Below are positions 47,016 through 60,529 of a stretch of DNA of 64,000 nt, piece by piece. The DNA is from Octopus sinensis (Eukaryota). Within the stretch, counting starts at the first letter, position 1; each line of letters starts with the position of its first letter. The stretch spans positions 73,656,001-73,720,000 of the forward strand of contig NC_043002.1 in the NCBI RefSeq assembly GCF_006345805.1, read 5' to 3'. Position numbers and translations under genes: made by a program. Below the pieces are notes generated by a model. It was not told where the DNA came from. It ran no database searches and saw only the letters and a list, made by a program, of their open reading frames with translations.

Positions 47016-48559
47016 ACATGCCAAGTAAAATAATGTTAACTATATTTTCCTTGGTACAAATCCGTTATTGATAAGGCTGTAAATATTATGTTACTATAGA
47101 AATGTTATTACTATCTTAATTCATTGGAGGAGAGAGGTTCGTGAACTGTGTAGTTAGTAATTTAAATTCCTTTGTGAATGACTACCCTGTTCATAAAGCA
47201 CTTTATCCACAACCCCAGTAACAATAATGGTGGTAGATTTGACAAAAATAGACGGATGGTAGATTGAGCAGTAGCGTGGGTAGCCGCCCTGGGTGACGCT
47301 TTAAGAAGGCGGCACTCCTTGGTCTGCTGTATTAGTCTGCATAAGCTAGAGGACCCACTGGAGGTCGGCAAATTCAAGGGTTGCCCCAAGGGGCACACTA
47401 GGGTCGTCTTAGCGACATTATAGGCCCCTAAGCAAATCAGTGCACTGGGCCCCATAGTTTTTATTTATTGACAATACCATACAGCATACATAGATTAGAA
47501 TTGAGTCGCCAGACACATAGTCTAGCTACATCACTAGGATTCAGCAGTTTCACTCTACACATTTAATGGAACTAGATTTCTCTTTCATCCCTACTTAACT
47601 AAATACCTTATGGTAATTTATTCTATTACTCTGCTGGGTCTGTCATTCAAAGCTACTAATACATATGTAACGAATAGCTACCAACATTCTAAACTAGCAT
47701 TCAACCTAATCCACAATTTTTCTATGAGTTATCGGCCTATTGTTTTAACCTGTTGCACTAAGAAATTTATGAAAATAAGCTGACCACTTGATCTTTCTTG
47801 AAGCATTCATCGGTCAAAACTGATTAGAGGGGAGAAATCCTTTACGTTGTTACACATACAGTGATTTCTCACATAGGTATCATATTTAGATGGCGGAGGG
47901 ATGTAGTCGATTGTATTGAAATCTTTACTTGATTATTACTTATTCTATCGACCTCGCTATGATTTGTACTCAGGGAGTAAAGAGCAGTTATTAAAAATCG
48001 CAAGTTATTGTGTACGATTCTGCTAATCCAAGACCATAGCAACAGTAATGGCAGTAAAATTGACCGAAGCTGTTGAGTGCTCTAGGCACTGGGTTCAAAT
48101 ATGAATGGAAGAAGTTTTTTGTCTTTCCTCCCACCGAAGTCGGTTCTTAAAAAGTTGTTAATTAACAGCAACATACTATGTTTCAAACTGATTCAATTGA
48201 TTCTCCCCACCCCCATATAAGACATTGATAATCAGCCAAGCCGCAAGAAATCAATATTAATCCCAATAAAAAATATATCTATAAATAGCGTTTTTACAAA
48301 CACGAAGCAAACCAAAAACGTGATGGAATGTCTGAATATAAAGAGAATTGGATCCCTCCTTCTCTCCTTCCTTATATCGTTTGATCTTTTACTTATTTCG
48401 GTCTTTGTACTGTAACCGTGCCGGGTACACCACCTTCAAGAGTTTTAGTTGAATAAAACACTTCAAGGTGGTGCCCCAGCATGACCACCACCCAATGACT
48501 GAAGCAAGTAAACGAAAATATAAAACCAATACCAGATGGCGAATAATAATAATAATAAT

Positions 48560-48770
48560 AATAATCCTTTCTACTATAAGCACAAGGCCTGAAACTGTGG
48601 GGAGGGGATTAGTCTATTACATAAACCCTAGTGTTTCACTGTTACTTAATTTATTGACCCCGAAAGGCAAAGTCGACCTTGGCAGAATTTGAACTCAGAA
48701 CACAGTGACGAGCGAAATAGCGCTGAGCATTTCGTCCACCATGCTAACAATTCTGCAAGCTCGCCGCCTT
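48560..48770 (-). mobile_element. SINE family A
   Basis: Reverse complement of the family A body; its 5' end abuts the A-rich tract. Confidence 0.8.
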
Positions 48771-51365
48771 AAAATAAAATAAAATGAAACAAAATTTAAA
48801 GAAAAATAAATAAAATAATAGAAATTAAAAAAAGAAAAGAAAAGGAAAGAAAAGAAATTGAATAAAATAAAATAAAAAATAAAAATTAAATTCAATAAAA
48901 CAAAATAAAATAAAATAAATAAAATTAATTAAATTAACAAAATAAAAAAAAAATTTTAATAAAATAAATAAATAAATAAATTTTTTTAAATAAAATAAAA
49001 TAAGATAAAATAAAAAAAATTTTTAATAAAATAAAATAACATAAAAAATTTAAATAAAATAAACAATATAAAATGAAATAAAACAAAATAAAAATAATAA
49101 ACAAATAAAATGACAGAATTAAAAAATAAAATAAAATAACATAAAAAATAAAATAACAAATTAAATAAAATTCAATAAAATTTTAAAAAATAAAATAAAG
49201 AACAATATAAATAAATAAATAACAATAAAATAAAAAAAAACATACAATAAAATAACGAATAACACAATAAAATAAAATAAAAAACAATATAAATAAAAAT
49301 AAAATAAATTTTTAAAAAAATAAAATAAAACAAAAATTTTTTTTAAATGAAAAAAAAATTTTCAAATAAAGTAAAATAAATTAAATTAAAAAAATAAAAT
49401 AAAATAAAAATGAAAAAAAAATAAAATAAAATGAAAAATAAAATTAAATAAAATATTAAAAATATAAATATATAAAATAAGAAAAAAAGATAAAATAAAA
49501 TAAGAATAAAATAAAATTTAAAAAAATTTACTAAACTAAAACAAATAAAAAAAATAGAAAAAAATATTTTTTTTTTAACTTTAAAAAATAACTTACAATA
49601 AAAATATAAAATAACTTGAAATAAAAAAAAGAAAAAAGAAAATGAAATAAAAAATGAAATTTAATTAAATTAAATATAAAATAAAATGAAAAATAAAATA
49701 AGATAAAAAACAGTGTAAAATAAACAAATAAAATAAAATAATAGAAAATTAAATTAAATAAAAAATAAATTAAAAAATATACTAAAACAATGTTTTAAAT
49801 AATTATTTTTAAAAATAAAATAAAAGAAAATAAAATTAAATTAAAACATAAAATAAATAAAATGAAAAATAAAATAAAATAAAAAATAAAATAAAAGGAA
49901 AAAAATGAATTAAAAAAATTTCTTTTTAATTTTAAAACAAGGAATAAAATTAAATTAAATTAAGTTTCAAAAAATAAAATGAAAAAACAAGAATTAAAAA
50001 ATAAAATAAAATAAAAAATTAAATTAAATTAAATGAAAAAATGAAATAAGATCAAAAACTTTTTTAATTAAATAAAATAAAATTTTTAAAAATCAAATAA
50101 TAAAAAAATAAAATAAAATTTTTTTTTCGTTTTTCAAATAAAATGAAATAAAATAAAAAACAACATAACATACAATAAAAAAATTTAAAATAATATAAAT
50201 TTTTAAAAATAAATAAGATAACATAAATTAAAACAATAAAATTTTTTTTAAATGAATGAAAAAATTTTCTTCAAATAAAATAAAAAATTTTTTAAAAATA
50301 CAAATTTAAATTTATTTTGTAACTATGATTTATAAATTATATTTTGTGGTTTAGTAATAGTTTAGAATAAATTTAATATTTGTTATTAGATATAATATAG
50401 TACAGATATAATATTTTAGGATATTGAGTTATACAAGTTGTGCATAAAATAAAAGCGAATAAAATTTTTGAAAATTAAATAAATTAAAATAAAAAATATA
50501 AAAAATAAAAGAAAATAAAAAATATTTAAAAAAACATTAAAAAAATTTAAAATAAAATAAAATAAAATCTTAAAAATTAAATTAAATTAAAAAATAAAAA
50601 TGAAATAAAAAATAAATAATGGAAAAATAGAATAAAATACAAAAAATTTTTTTAAATGAAATAAAATAAAATATAAAAAAATAAATTACAATGAAATTAA
50701 AAAATAAAATACATAAAATAAAAAAATTAAATTAAATTAAATGAAAAGTAAAATAAAAAATAAAATAAAATTAAAAAATTTAATTAAATGAAATAAAAAA
50801 TTAAATAAAAACAATAAAATTGAATAAAATAAAAAAATATAAAAATCATAAAAGAAAAAAATTAAATCAAATTAAATATAAATAAAATAAAAAATGAAAT
50901 AAAATAAAATAAAAATAAAAAAATTAAGTAAAATAAAATAAGATGGAATAAAATTTTAAAAAATATAAAAAAATAAAATTTTAAAAATAAAATAAAATAA
51001 AATATAAAAAATAATAAAATAAAATTAAATTAAAAAATAAAATAAATAAAATAAAATAAAAATAAATAAAAGGTTTTTTTAATAAATTAAATAAAATTAA
51101 ATTTAAAAATTTAAAAATTAAATTAGAAAAATGAATAAAATAATATAAGATAAAATTTTAAAAAATAAAATGTAATAAAATAAAAAATATAATTAAATAA
51201 AATAAAAAATAAAATTAAATTAAATTTAAAAAATAAAATGTAATAAAAAAATAAATAAAATAACAAAAAATTTTAAATAAAAAAATAGAATGAAATAAAT
51301 ATAATAAAATAAAACAAAAAAATAAAATCATAATAAATAATAAATAAAATAAAAGAAAAGAAAAT
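48771..51365. repeat. 2.6-kb degenerate (AAAAT)n / A-rich low-complexity tract
   Basis: Almost free of G and C and strongly A-skewed on the + strand, with a T-richer island at ~50310-50460. Confidence 0.95.
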
Positions 51366-51474
51366 ATCTATGGATTTGTTTGGTAGTCGGTCAAAATACA
51401 GTTTAAGACCTGGTCACGAAAACGAAAAAAGAACAGCCTACTGGGTGTAAAAAAAAAATGTGTAGAAATGGGGC

Positions 51475-51830
51475 TGGGTGGGGAGAGGAGTTTCAGAAAA
51501 TTCAGAAGATCCGATTTTTCCATCATAACTTTCGGGAAAATGTATATATATTGATGAAATTTTATAGAAATACCGTTCAAATGACATAAATTACGATTAT
51601 AAAGAAATTTCTGGGGGAAATGTTTTTCGAAGGGGTGGGGAGAGGATTCCCGAAAATTCACACGATCCGGTTTTTTTCCCCTCATAAGTTTCAGGAAAAT
51701 AGATATATTTTAATGAAATTTTACAGAAACACCTTTCAAACAGTATAGATTACGATTATAGAGAAATTAGTGGAGGAAATGTTTTCCAAATGGGTGGGGA
51801 GAGGACTGTCGGAAAGTTCACACGATCCGG
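51475..51830. repeat. Diverged tandem repeat, ~160-bp unit, about 2.3 copies
   Basis: ggggagagga...aaaattca..gatccg(a/g)ttttt..cataa.ttc.ggaaaat..atgaaatttta.agaaa..gattacgattata recurs. Confidence 0.8.
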
Positions 51831-52868
51831 GCGCTAAACTAGATCCTGAAAATCATGAGAGGAAAAAAGTGAGTGTGTGTGTTATTAATATGCGAGCAAG
51901 CTTAGTAAGTAAACAAGTACACAACAGATAACTGAGTCAGCGAGACCCCTTGCTCTGCTAGAAATAACAGCCAAATCTTCTTCACATCCCTGTCAGAATA
52001 AAACATAGTACGGTCGTGATTGGTGCATCGAGCTGCATCTTGCGATTCGATTTTTATTTCGGTGAAGTACTTGCCAGCCAGTGATTTGATCTGAGACTAT
52101 GTGTTGAAACTAAAATGATTTATGCATTACTTTATGATTATCTGCATTTATTCTAATGGATTATTTTTTTCTTGTGCACCAAGACATTCAAGACCGATTA
52201 TATGATTTCCATGGTGTGTAAATGACCTAGATAACAACTTACTCTTGTAGCAGGATGTGTATGTTGTCGGGTGTAGCAGATGAAGATAGGCTATAGGCTT
52301 GTTGGACGACATCAAAAGAAAACAACGAGGAAAGCATTGGGATATAGTTTAAATAATTTATTTGATCAACAGTTGCATCTACGTGTTTGATACACAAAGC
52401 TTGATTCGATTATCAATAAAGGTTGCTACATAAAGTCAACTGCTTCGAGTCGACAAAGGAAAAAAAAAACAAGTAGAATGTTGATTTGAAAGGCATCTTT
52501 TGGATCATTGTGTGCGTTTGTCATTTGGTTGGGTCGTGCTGTTTTTCTGTCCTGTCTGTTTGTGCTCTTCAATTGATACTGTCTTGTATTGTTGGCTCTC
52601 TAGATGTTCATCGTTCGCTCATGCTGACTATGTGGCTCATCTGTTGACTGCTTATCTGTCGCAAGCCATATGGCTATCTGTCATGTGTCTAAGGAAACCG
52701 TATTTATAATGGTCATCGTAGCTTGAAGAGACACCGTAGGAGTAGTTTGTACCTATCTAGGTCACCTGCTGTCCAGTTGAATCCTTCAGTGACCCAACTC
52801 AGGTCGGAGGTCGAATGGAAATCCATCCATCATTTTTTGACAGGACAAAGACATTTTTACACTAAGCA

Positions 52869-55793
52869 GCTGAAGTGACATGCTATATCAAATCGATATG
52901 ATGTAGCCCACTACCAAATGTAGGGTCTAGATGTAACACTTGAAGGTTCTCGCATCGGAGTAACCAGTGAACATAGAAGAATCAACACCAAGAAAGAAAT
53001 ATTATTTAGATATATTTATTTGTTTGCCCGACATGTTATTAGAGAGACAGCGGTAATTGTAGTGATAGTGACAAAAAGGGTAGCTCGCTGGTTAGTAGAT
53101 GATAGTGTAGAAGTTTCTGACTGCCAGTAGAGCGGGAAAGAGTAAGGAATGCACGGTGCTGACTAGAAATGATAAAGGTGGCATCGTGTTTCTTGCGGCC
53201 GAATGCTTCTCTTCGTATGTCGAGCAAAGGTCGAAGGTAAAGTGCTGACCTTTCCTTGACCAACACAGGTTCTGGGGGGGGGGGGTCAAATGTTTCTCTA
53301 TCAATCATCTGGTGTGGAGAGGATTTCCCGCTTGTTTTGACAAGCAACAAGCGAGTAGATTTGGTTTCAAATCTCAGGCTGGGCTAAGCAAGTTCCCTAC
53401 ACCACTCCCCCACTAGAGTTTCTAAAAAAAGAAACAAACAATCTAAGGAAAAGAGTTCATTCATACAAAAATGTATTTTAGGACAAGGTCCAAATAACGT
53501 CCAATTGTGAAAGTTATTTTGTTCTTAGGGAATGTGATGCAAGGCTGAGAAAAATGGTGCATATCAGGAGAGAGAATCCAGAGAATGTAAATGGGACAGG
53601 TATCTATTCGTGTGAGTCCAAATAGCGGTGTTGCTTTGCACACGTAGAATACAGGGTATGCTAGCTGAAGCGTGACTGAGGCAGATTGAACGAGCGTGCA
53701 CATGAATGTTGAATGTGCCAGTTGTTGCATGGCAGAGGTAGTGAGTGAGCATACAAGGACGTGTACATGAGTGCAAGAGAAAGTCATACAGCTATGGAAT
53801 GAGCTGAGGTGAGTGAGTGTGTGCATTCTCTATCCATGATATCAGCAAAAGTTTTCTTGCAGGATTGCATTTTGTGCGAAAATGCCTTGAAAAGAGTGCA
53901 GAAGCGAAATGTGTCTGGCGTTGTTGTCGAGGGAATTTGCTAAGATTAGCCAGAACGACGACAGTGTGGCATGCTGGCACGTTGCGTAGGACAGACAATT
54001 TTCTCTATTAACTTCGTGACCAACATGGGGTTGAACAGAGGCAAGTTGTGCCTGACAAGGGTCCAGGGAACATGGGCTAAAATCTGATGTACAGAGTTGG
54101 GGAAAAGAGTTGAGAGGGCACAGACATGAGAAAACGACTTTAAGGACACTATATTTTAAAAGTGGGTGCAGGCATGCAAGTTGGTGTATGAAGGTTGAGA
54201 AAAAAATTGTTTGTTTTAGTTTACGAATAAAATACAGAGTAGTGCATAAATGGGTCAGCGTGTGAAGTAAGAAAGAAGCTGCAGACATTCACAGAGAAAA
54301 CTTGTAGCGAGAAAAAAACAATGTAGTTGAAAGAATTATACAACATGTGTACTAAAATGTGCAATGGCAGTGGCCAACAAGAAAAATTACATTATACAAT
54401 TATAGACATTAAAAAACAAATGAAGGTGTGTAGAGCTAACAAAAGAGAACGAAATAAGCATTTGAAATGCAAAAATGTGTATGCACAGAAAGTTCAGGTC
54501 TATGTACAAGAGTTCGTGTGGCATGCATGTTAAATGCAGGACTGCATTCAAAAAATCTGTGGCTGAGGAGAATGTTGCATGTGTGGGCTTCCATATTTTC
54601 ATCCAGGTAGTTTTTGGTTGGATAGCAGTCGAAATGTGTTTATTGATTGTAGATGTTTCCTTCGTGGATTTGTGCAACGTAGTGGAGTGCATTCTGTGGT
54701 AGATTGAAAGCGCATGGTGGGTGTCCATTGTGTCAGCGAGTTCTTTCCCTTCGTGTTGTGCGACAGTCGAAATGGAAACTGTGTGTAGTGAAAGTTAGTC
54801 TTGTCTTCGATGTGACGAGCATGATGTGTAATTCTTGATCTCGGGTCACCAGAATGTAGCAACGAAATGAAAAATTTAACCGCAGAACATAAAATTTTCT
54901 AAATTTTCCAAATGCAATTAAGTTGGTGAAGTAGAAGCAATCATGTATTAGAACATTGGGGAACATACAAAGCAATGGCTGTTGGAGTAAAAGCTGTAGA
55001 TCTTTTAGCTCGGATTCATCAATTATAGTGGGCTGTTTGGAGAAGGCTGTAATTATTGTCACGAGGTTGTGCAATGTAAGGGATACAGAACATGTAAAAT
55101 CATGTCGGGATCACCAATTGTAGTGGGCTGAAGTGACATACCATATCAAATCGATATGATGTAGCTCACTACCAAATGTAGCGTGTAGATGTAACACTTG
55201 AAGGTTCTTGCATCGGAGTAACAAGTGAACATGGAAGAACTAACACCAAAAAGGGAGAAATATCATTTACATATATTTATTCGCTTGCCCGACAAGTAGT
55301 TAGAGAGACAGTAGTAATTGTAGTGATAGTGACAAAAATGTTGGCTCATTGGTTAGTAATTGATAGTGTAGAAGTTTCTGTCTGCCAGTAGAGAAGGAAA
55401 AAGTAAGGAATGCACAGTGCTGACTAGAAAGGAAGAAAGGAAAAAGGTGGCACAGTGCTGACTAGAAAGGAAGAAAGGTGGCAAAGGGCGAAGTGAAGTG
55501 CTGCTCTTGCTCAAGGCTGACACAAAAGAGGGTGCTACTCTTTGGTCTGACTGACACAAGAGAGAAAGAGAGAGAGAGAAAGGAAATGCTCTCTGTTATA
55601 TAGACAATGGTCAGTGATGTAGGTCAAGCCTTAAGAAAAGGACTGATTTTTCCTTGACCAGCACAGGTCCTTGGGAGTCAAGTGTTTCTCTATCAATCAT
55701 TTGGTGTGGAGAGGATTTCCCGCTTGTTTTGACAAGCAACTAGCGGGTAGATTTGGTTTCAAATCTCAGGCAGGGTCAAGCGAGTTCCCTACA
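52869..55793 (-). mobile_element. Internally deleted Gypsy-like LTR retrotransposon with both LTRs, PBS and PPT
   Basis: 5' LTR 55119-55793 (TGTAG..CTACA). PBS 55099-55116 TGGTGATCCCGACATGAT matches tRNA-Trp at 16 of 18 positions. PPT 53402-53414 is AGTGGGGGAGTGG. 3' LTR ~52869-53401. The 1.7-kb interior has decayed gag-like and integrase-like fragments. Confidence 0.85.
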
Positions 55794-56844
55794 CTCTGAA
55801 CTGACGCTGGTCCATTGCAGGTTTCAAGGCCAGCAATTTTTTAGGGGAAATTAACAAGTCAATTACATCGATCCCAGTACTTAACTGATAATTTATTTTA
55901 TCGACTGTGTAGGAATGAAAGGAAAAGTTGACCTCAGCAGGATCTGAACTCAGAAAGTAAAAAACCAGAAGAAATACGGCTAAGTAGTTTGATGCACTAA
56001 CGATTCTGCTAGCTAAGTGCCAATTTATTGGGAGAATATAAATAAATGTGATGTGTACATATATATGAAGTGAGACTACAAAGAAATATTATTTACAGGT
56101 GTGTGTTACAGTGCCAATAGCATACACTAATAGCAATGAGAGTATTTAGTATTTCTTATTACTATTCTGCCACGATTCTGAAGAATGCGCTTTTGGGATC
56201 GCTTATACCATAACCCAAAGAATGTGAGGAAAATATTGAGTGAGAGATGGCAAACGGCTCGAACAGACAGAAAGAGTTCATCAGTAATATATGAAGAAAT
56301 GACTCAACTAAGAATTGCGCCAAACTCGCTTTTCTGGAAGCTTAACATCACTTTAAAGAGTAACTTTGTAATTAGTAAGGCAAATAAGAATTGCCATGGA
56401 AATTTCATGGCATAAAAGACGCACCCCAATCCCTGCTGCGAATTTCAGGAAAAAGGTTTTTAGTGCATTAAAGATTATGGGTAGCCAATCTTCGTATGCA
56501 GGACCCACAGAGACTTCTTGAGACTTTGGGGCGGCGGTGAGCGTCTTATATGCTTTCAAATACGATACTTAGAAGAGAAGGGTAATTTTTTTAAGGCTAA
56601 AAGATAACGAAGGGCAAGAGAACCTAGACACGAAGCAGTAATTATCCAGCAATTGAAAAATTGCAAATCTGCAATCTTCTGCCTTACCGTTTATCTACAG
56701 TGGCTCATTATATGGTTAATGACATTCCCTTGGAAACGTTGTAAGCTCACAAGAGGGAGACAAAAGTCAAGGAGACGCTTTGAGGAACGCTATTTAGGCG
56801 GAGGGACGCTTATAAATTTTCAAGGAAATAAGTAAAACATTTAA

Positions 56845-57298
56845 TGGCGATCTTTCATTTTGACTTGCAGAACTGTCATCCGGATCAGCAGTTTTGTTCG
56901 TTAATTTCCGTAATTTTTTTTATTTATCTATTTACTTTTGCTTTAAAGTGAAAGAGAGGAGAAAGTGAAAGATGTATGAACGTGTATATGAAATGGATGT
57001 GTGTGTGTGTGTGAGAGAGAGAGAGAGTGCCACTTACACATACAAGAGAACATACACGTTCACTCTCTCTCTCACACACACACACACACATAAAAGATGT
57101 ATGCATATGTATTGATGTATGTACGTATACATGACAACACACCCCTTCACACACACACTCACTCTCTCTCTCACGTCCATTTCATATACACATACATACA
57201 TCTTTCACTTTAAAACAAAAGTAAATAAATAAATAACAAATTATGGAAATTAACGAACTCCAGATGACAGTTCTGCAAGTCAAAACGAAAGATCGTCA
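56845..57298. repeat. Fold-back / palindromic MITE-like element (arms ~56845-57030 / 57150-57298)
   Basis: tggcgatctttcattttgacttgcagaactgtcatc..gttaatttcc..tttacttttgctttaaagtgaaaga is mirrored on the other arm. Confidence 0.85.
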
Positions 57299-57586
57299 CA
57301 GGGCGATAAAGAAAGATCGCCACAGTGTATGGTCGACGAGCAAAAAACATGACATGATGCATCAAAGTCCAACCCATTTTAGTAATTTCCACAAAAACGT
57401 AACACGAGGACACTAATCCATGCAAATGGCGAAGTTTCGCTTGTCGTAGCACACGTTCCCGTCGATTGTCGATTTCCGTAAAAAATGTAAACACTGAATC
57501 GGCCATACATACATACATACATACACACACACATACATACTCACACACACATACATAGATACATACACACACATACATAGATACAT

Positions 57587-58333
57587 CATCATCATCATTG
57601 TTCGACCGTGGTCGAGACAATAGAATTTACCATGTTGCGCCAGACTTCACGGTCCATCATAGCATTACGGAGGTCCTGTTGCTGGATGCCTGTATCCCTG
57701 GAGATTACATCAGGGTAGGAGAGTGTGCGCCCTCTGGTGTTGCGAGTAGATGGCTTCCAGAGGAGAAGAGTAGAAATTACTTCTTTTTCAGCTCTACAAC
57801 AGTGTCCAGCAAACTGGACTCTCCTACCTTTCACAAGAGATGACACAGGTGGTAATTTCCCATATATTTGCATTTTAGTTGGATGGCGCCTCCACGAGAG
57901 ATTTTGAGCTCTCATAAGGAGGCGAGTGTAGGTTCCATCCAACCGCCTCTCAAGCTTCTTTGATAACGTCCAGGTTTCTGAGCCATATAGTAGGATTGGT
58001 TCGACTGTGGCTTTGAATATTTCAAGTTTGAAGTCTCTACTTAGATTTAATGACCAGATCTTATGCATGTCATTACAGGCTGACCAGGCCATACCCTTTC
58101 TAGTTAGAAAGTCTTTTCCAGATGATGATATGTATGACCCAAGATATTTATAATCAGAAATCATATTTAAAGGTGCACTGTTGAGAGTGTGGATGATGCA
58201 ATCACTGTTGGACAGGCACTTGTTTATGTATTCAGTTTTGGTCTCATTGAGGTAAAGACCTACACAATTTGAGGCTTGTTCAAGAGATTGTAAAAGAAAC
58301 TGGGCATTGGAGAGAGAATCACTGATAAGAGCG
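57587..58333 (-). mobile_element. 5'-truncated RTE-group LINE with an uninterrupted ORF2 C-terminus and (TGA)n tail
   Basis: ORF 57595..58383: ..GLYLNETKTEY..YKYLGSYI..FKATVEPILLYGSETWTLSKKLERRLDGTYTRLL..RRVQFAGHC..DREVW. Possible TSD atagatacat at 57577-57586 / 58334-58343. Confidence 0.92.
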
Positions 58334-59614
58334 ATAGATACATACACACACACATACATGCAGACATACATATACACATACACCGAGTAAAAAATTTCAG
58401 TTATCTCTCTCTTTCACACATTACTCTCTCTGTCTCTTCGCACACACTAACAGAAGCACTTCACTTACACAACATACTGTCTGTCTCCCACACCCCATCA
58501 AACACACACACGGGGACTTCAAAGAGAAATTTCCTCGTCATAAAATCGCTTCCTCTTAGTCTCTTTCGCTCTCATTACTTATATAAAAAAATTAAAAGTT
58601 TTTTACGGAAATCGACGGAAACTTGTGCTACGACAAGCGAAACATCGCCCACGAAATTAGTTTCTGGTCGATTAAAATATTCTGCTTTTAAATTTTTCCT
58701 TTTTTTTTATTTTACAAAACATGTGGAAGTGGCATTTGTAAAACAGTTCTACAAAGAGTTGAGAACCACGGGTCTATGATATACAGCAGGGGTGCGTAAC
58801 GAATTCCTTTGCGGTATTTATTTACATCCCTAAACATTCCGAATTCAAATCCTCCGAGGTAGACTTTCACCCTTCTAGTGCCGATGAAACAAATAAATGT
58901 CATATGCACCAGCATCGATCCAGTCAATTATACACTCTCCCTATTACAGGCTTTATATTCATTTAAATGCCATTTAAAAATATCATTCAAAGTAAAAGAT
59001 ATGCATCTAATGAGCCGAGACCATGACACGGTTTCGATTTCACCATAAAGCTACTTCAAATGCTGCTAATGTTTTCGGTAGAGCACTGCTTTTATTCAGA
59101 TAATGAGGCCTTTGTATTAAAAGAAAAATTCTTTAAGAGAAAAACAGAAATTTAATCATGTAATTTGATTCAAGAAAATAACTTACAGTATGCAAATGCC
59201 CCCCAACCAAATATTATGCTTTTAATTTGTAGCATAACTACATATATTCCATATATGGAGTATATTCATTGTATTAGCATGACTTGTACGTTTTACATTT
59301 TTAGAAAGCAGCCTCCTAGTAAAATCTCGAAATAAATGAAATGCGGCTTTTCATAAAAAAGAAAAATAGTATTTCCTATCTATGAGATACATCAAACAAA
59401 ATCACTTCAAACGATAGAAACCGTTAGATTGCAAACACCATCACTGGAGCAGCAGCAATGACGATATTAGACGTGGTTATAGAGTTGTTTACGAATCATT
59501 TCATCAAAGAATAAAATTTGAAATTATAATTGAAACGAATGGTGAGTTAATAGAAACGGTAGTGTCAACGTACAAAGTTCGAATCCCCTTAGAATCGACT
59601 TTGATATGTGTATG

Positions 59615-60085
59615 TTCTTTTTTCTTTTCTTTTTTTTTTTATTATAAATAATTTTATTGCTTTCACCGTTTTACAAAATCAAACTAGAAAACTGGACAAA
59701 ACAGAGAACACAATTGAAAAAATTAAAAAGAAAAAAAGAGAAAAAAGGAAAAAACCCAAAACAATTCACCTTGGGTTGGAGAGTTGGGGGCGCTGGGAAA
59801 CCTCTCTATTGACTATTGAGACACGCCAGTATGCTTGCAGTGTTGCTGCAGGTGATGGCGAGACTGAGGCGCTAGAACAGCCAAGCACCCTCACAAGCCT
59901 CACCAGTTACCTCTGCAAGGCAAATTGCCAGTGAAGACAGGAATCTCACAGCTCGTGGTCCGACCCCACCAAACATCTCGAACGCCATAGGATGGAAAAT
60001 GTAGTTGGCCAACAGAGCACAGTATTTCAGGATTTTGTTCTGCTCAGTCGCTGGAGCTGTGGATCTCACCCTGACAGCAGCATCC
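59615..60085 (-). mobile_element. CRE/R2-like (restriction-like endonuclease) non-LTR retrotransposon 3' fragment
   Basis: ATEQNKILKYCAL..YIFHPMAFEMFGGVGPRAVRFL..L...TGE..WL.*RLSLAI..N.ASIL matches the RLE 'A.E..K..KY..L..F.P.A.ET.G..G' pattern. A-rich tail near 59615-59650. Confidence 0.75.
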
Positions 60086-60094
60086 AGTAACTTG

Positions 60095-60250
60095 GTTACT
60101 ATGGCACAGCAGCAAGAAGGAAAGCCACATCTTCAGCCAACTATCAAGTGGAGAAAAGTTTGGGCCAATGAGATGGTGGAGAGGCCGCTAGCATTTTGGG
60201 ACACTGTCATATTCTCTGATGAATCCAGATTTGCTGCATTTCCTGACTTT
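60095..60250 (+). mobile_element. Tc1 transposase fragment (second copy of the RRKP..FSDES segment)
   Basis: ..KPHLQPTIKWRKVWANEMVERPLAFWDTVIFSDESRFAAFPD, closely related to 60870-60995. Confidence 0.8.
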
Positions 60251-60529
60251 GATATTATATCCTTGGTGTTCATAAAACAAATACCAATCATACATTGTTG
60301 TCTAATAAATTGCATGAACTCCTCTAAAAACAAATGGTTTGGTGTCTTGTTCAATAAAATTTGTTTTCAAAATTAAAATTATTAATACCCCCCCACACAC
60401 ACACACACGACAAAAGTAAATAGACACTCCATAAAACATCATTTTATATTTATTCTAACTTGTAAAGGTTTATTTTTTTTTTTATTAATTGGCATTTTTA
60501 TGTTTCAGGTTATATATGTGACTGTTTAA

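Noticed and set aside
53461-55074. Multiple 60-150-aa ORFs on both strands
   Set aside because: They lie in the decayed interior of an LTR element; none is an intact gag or pol gene.
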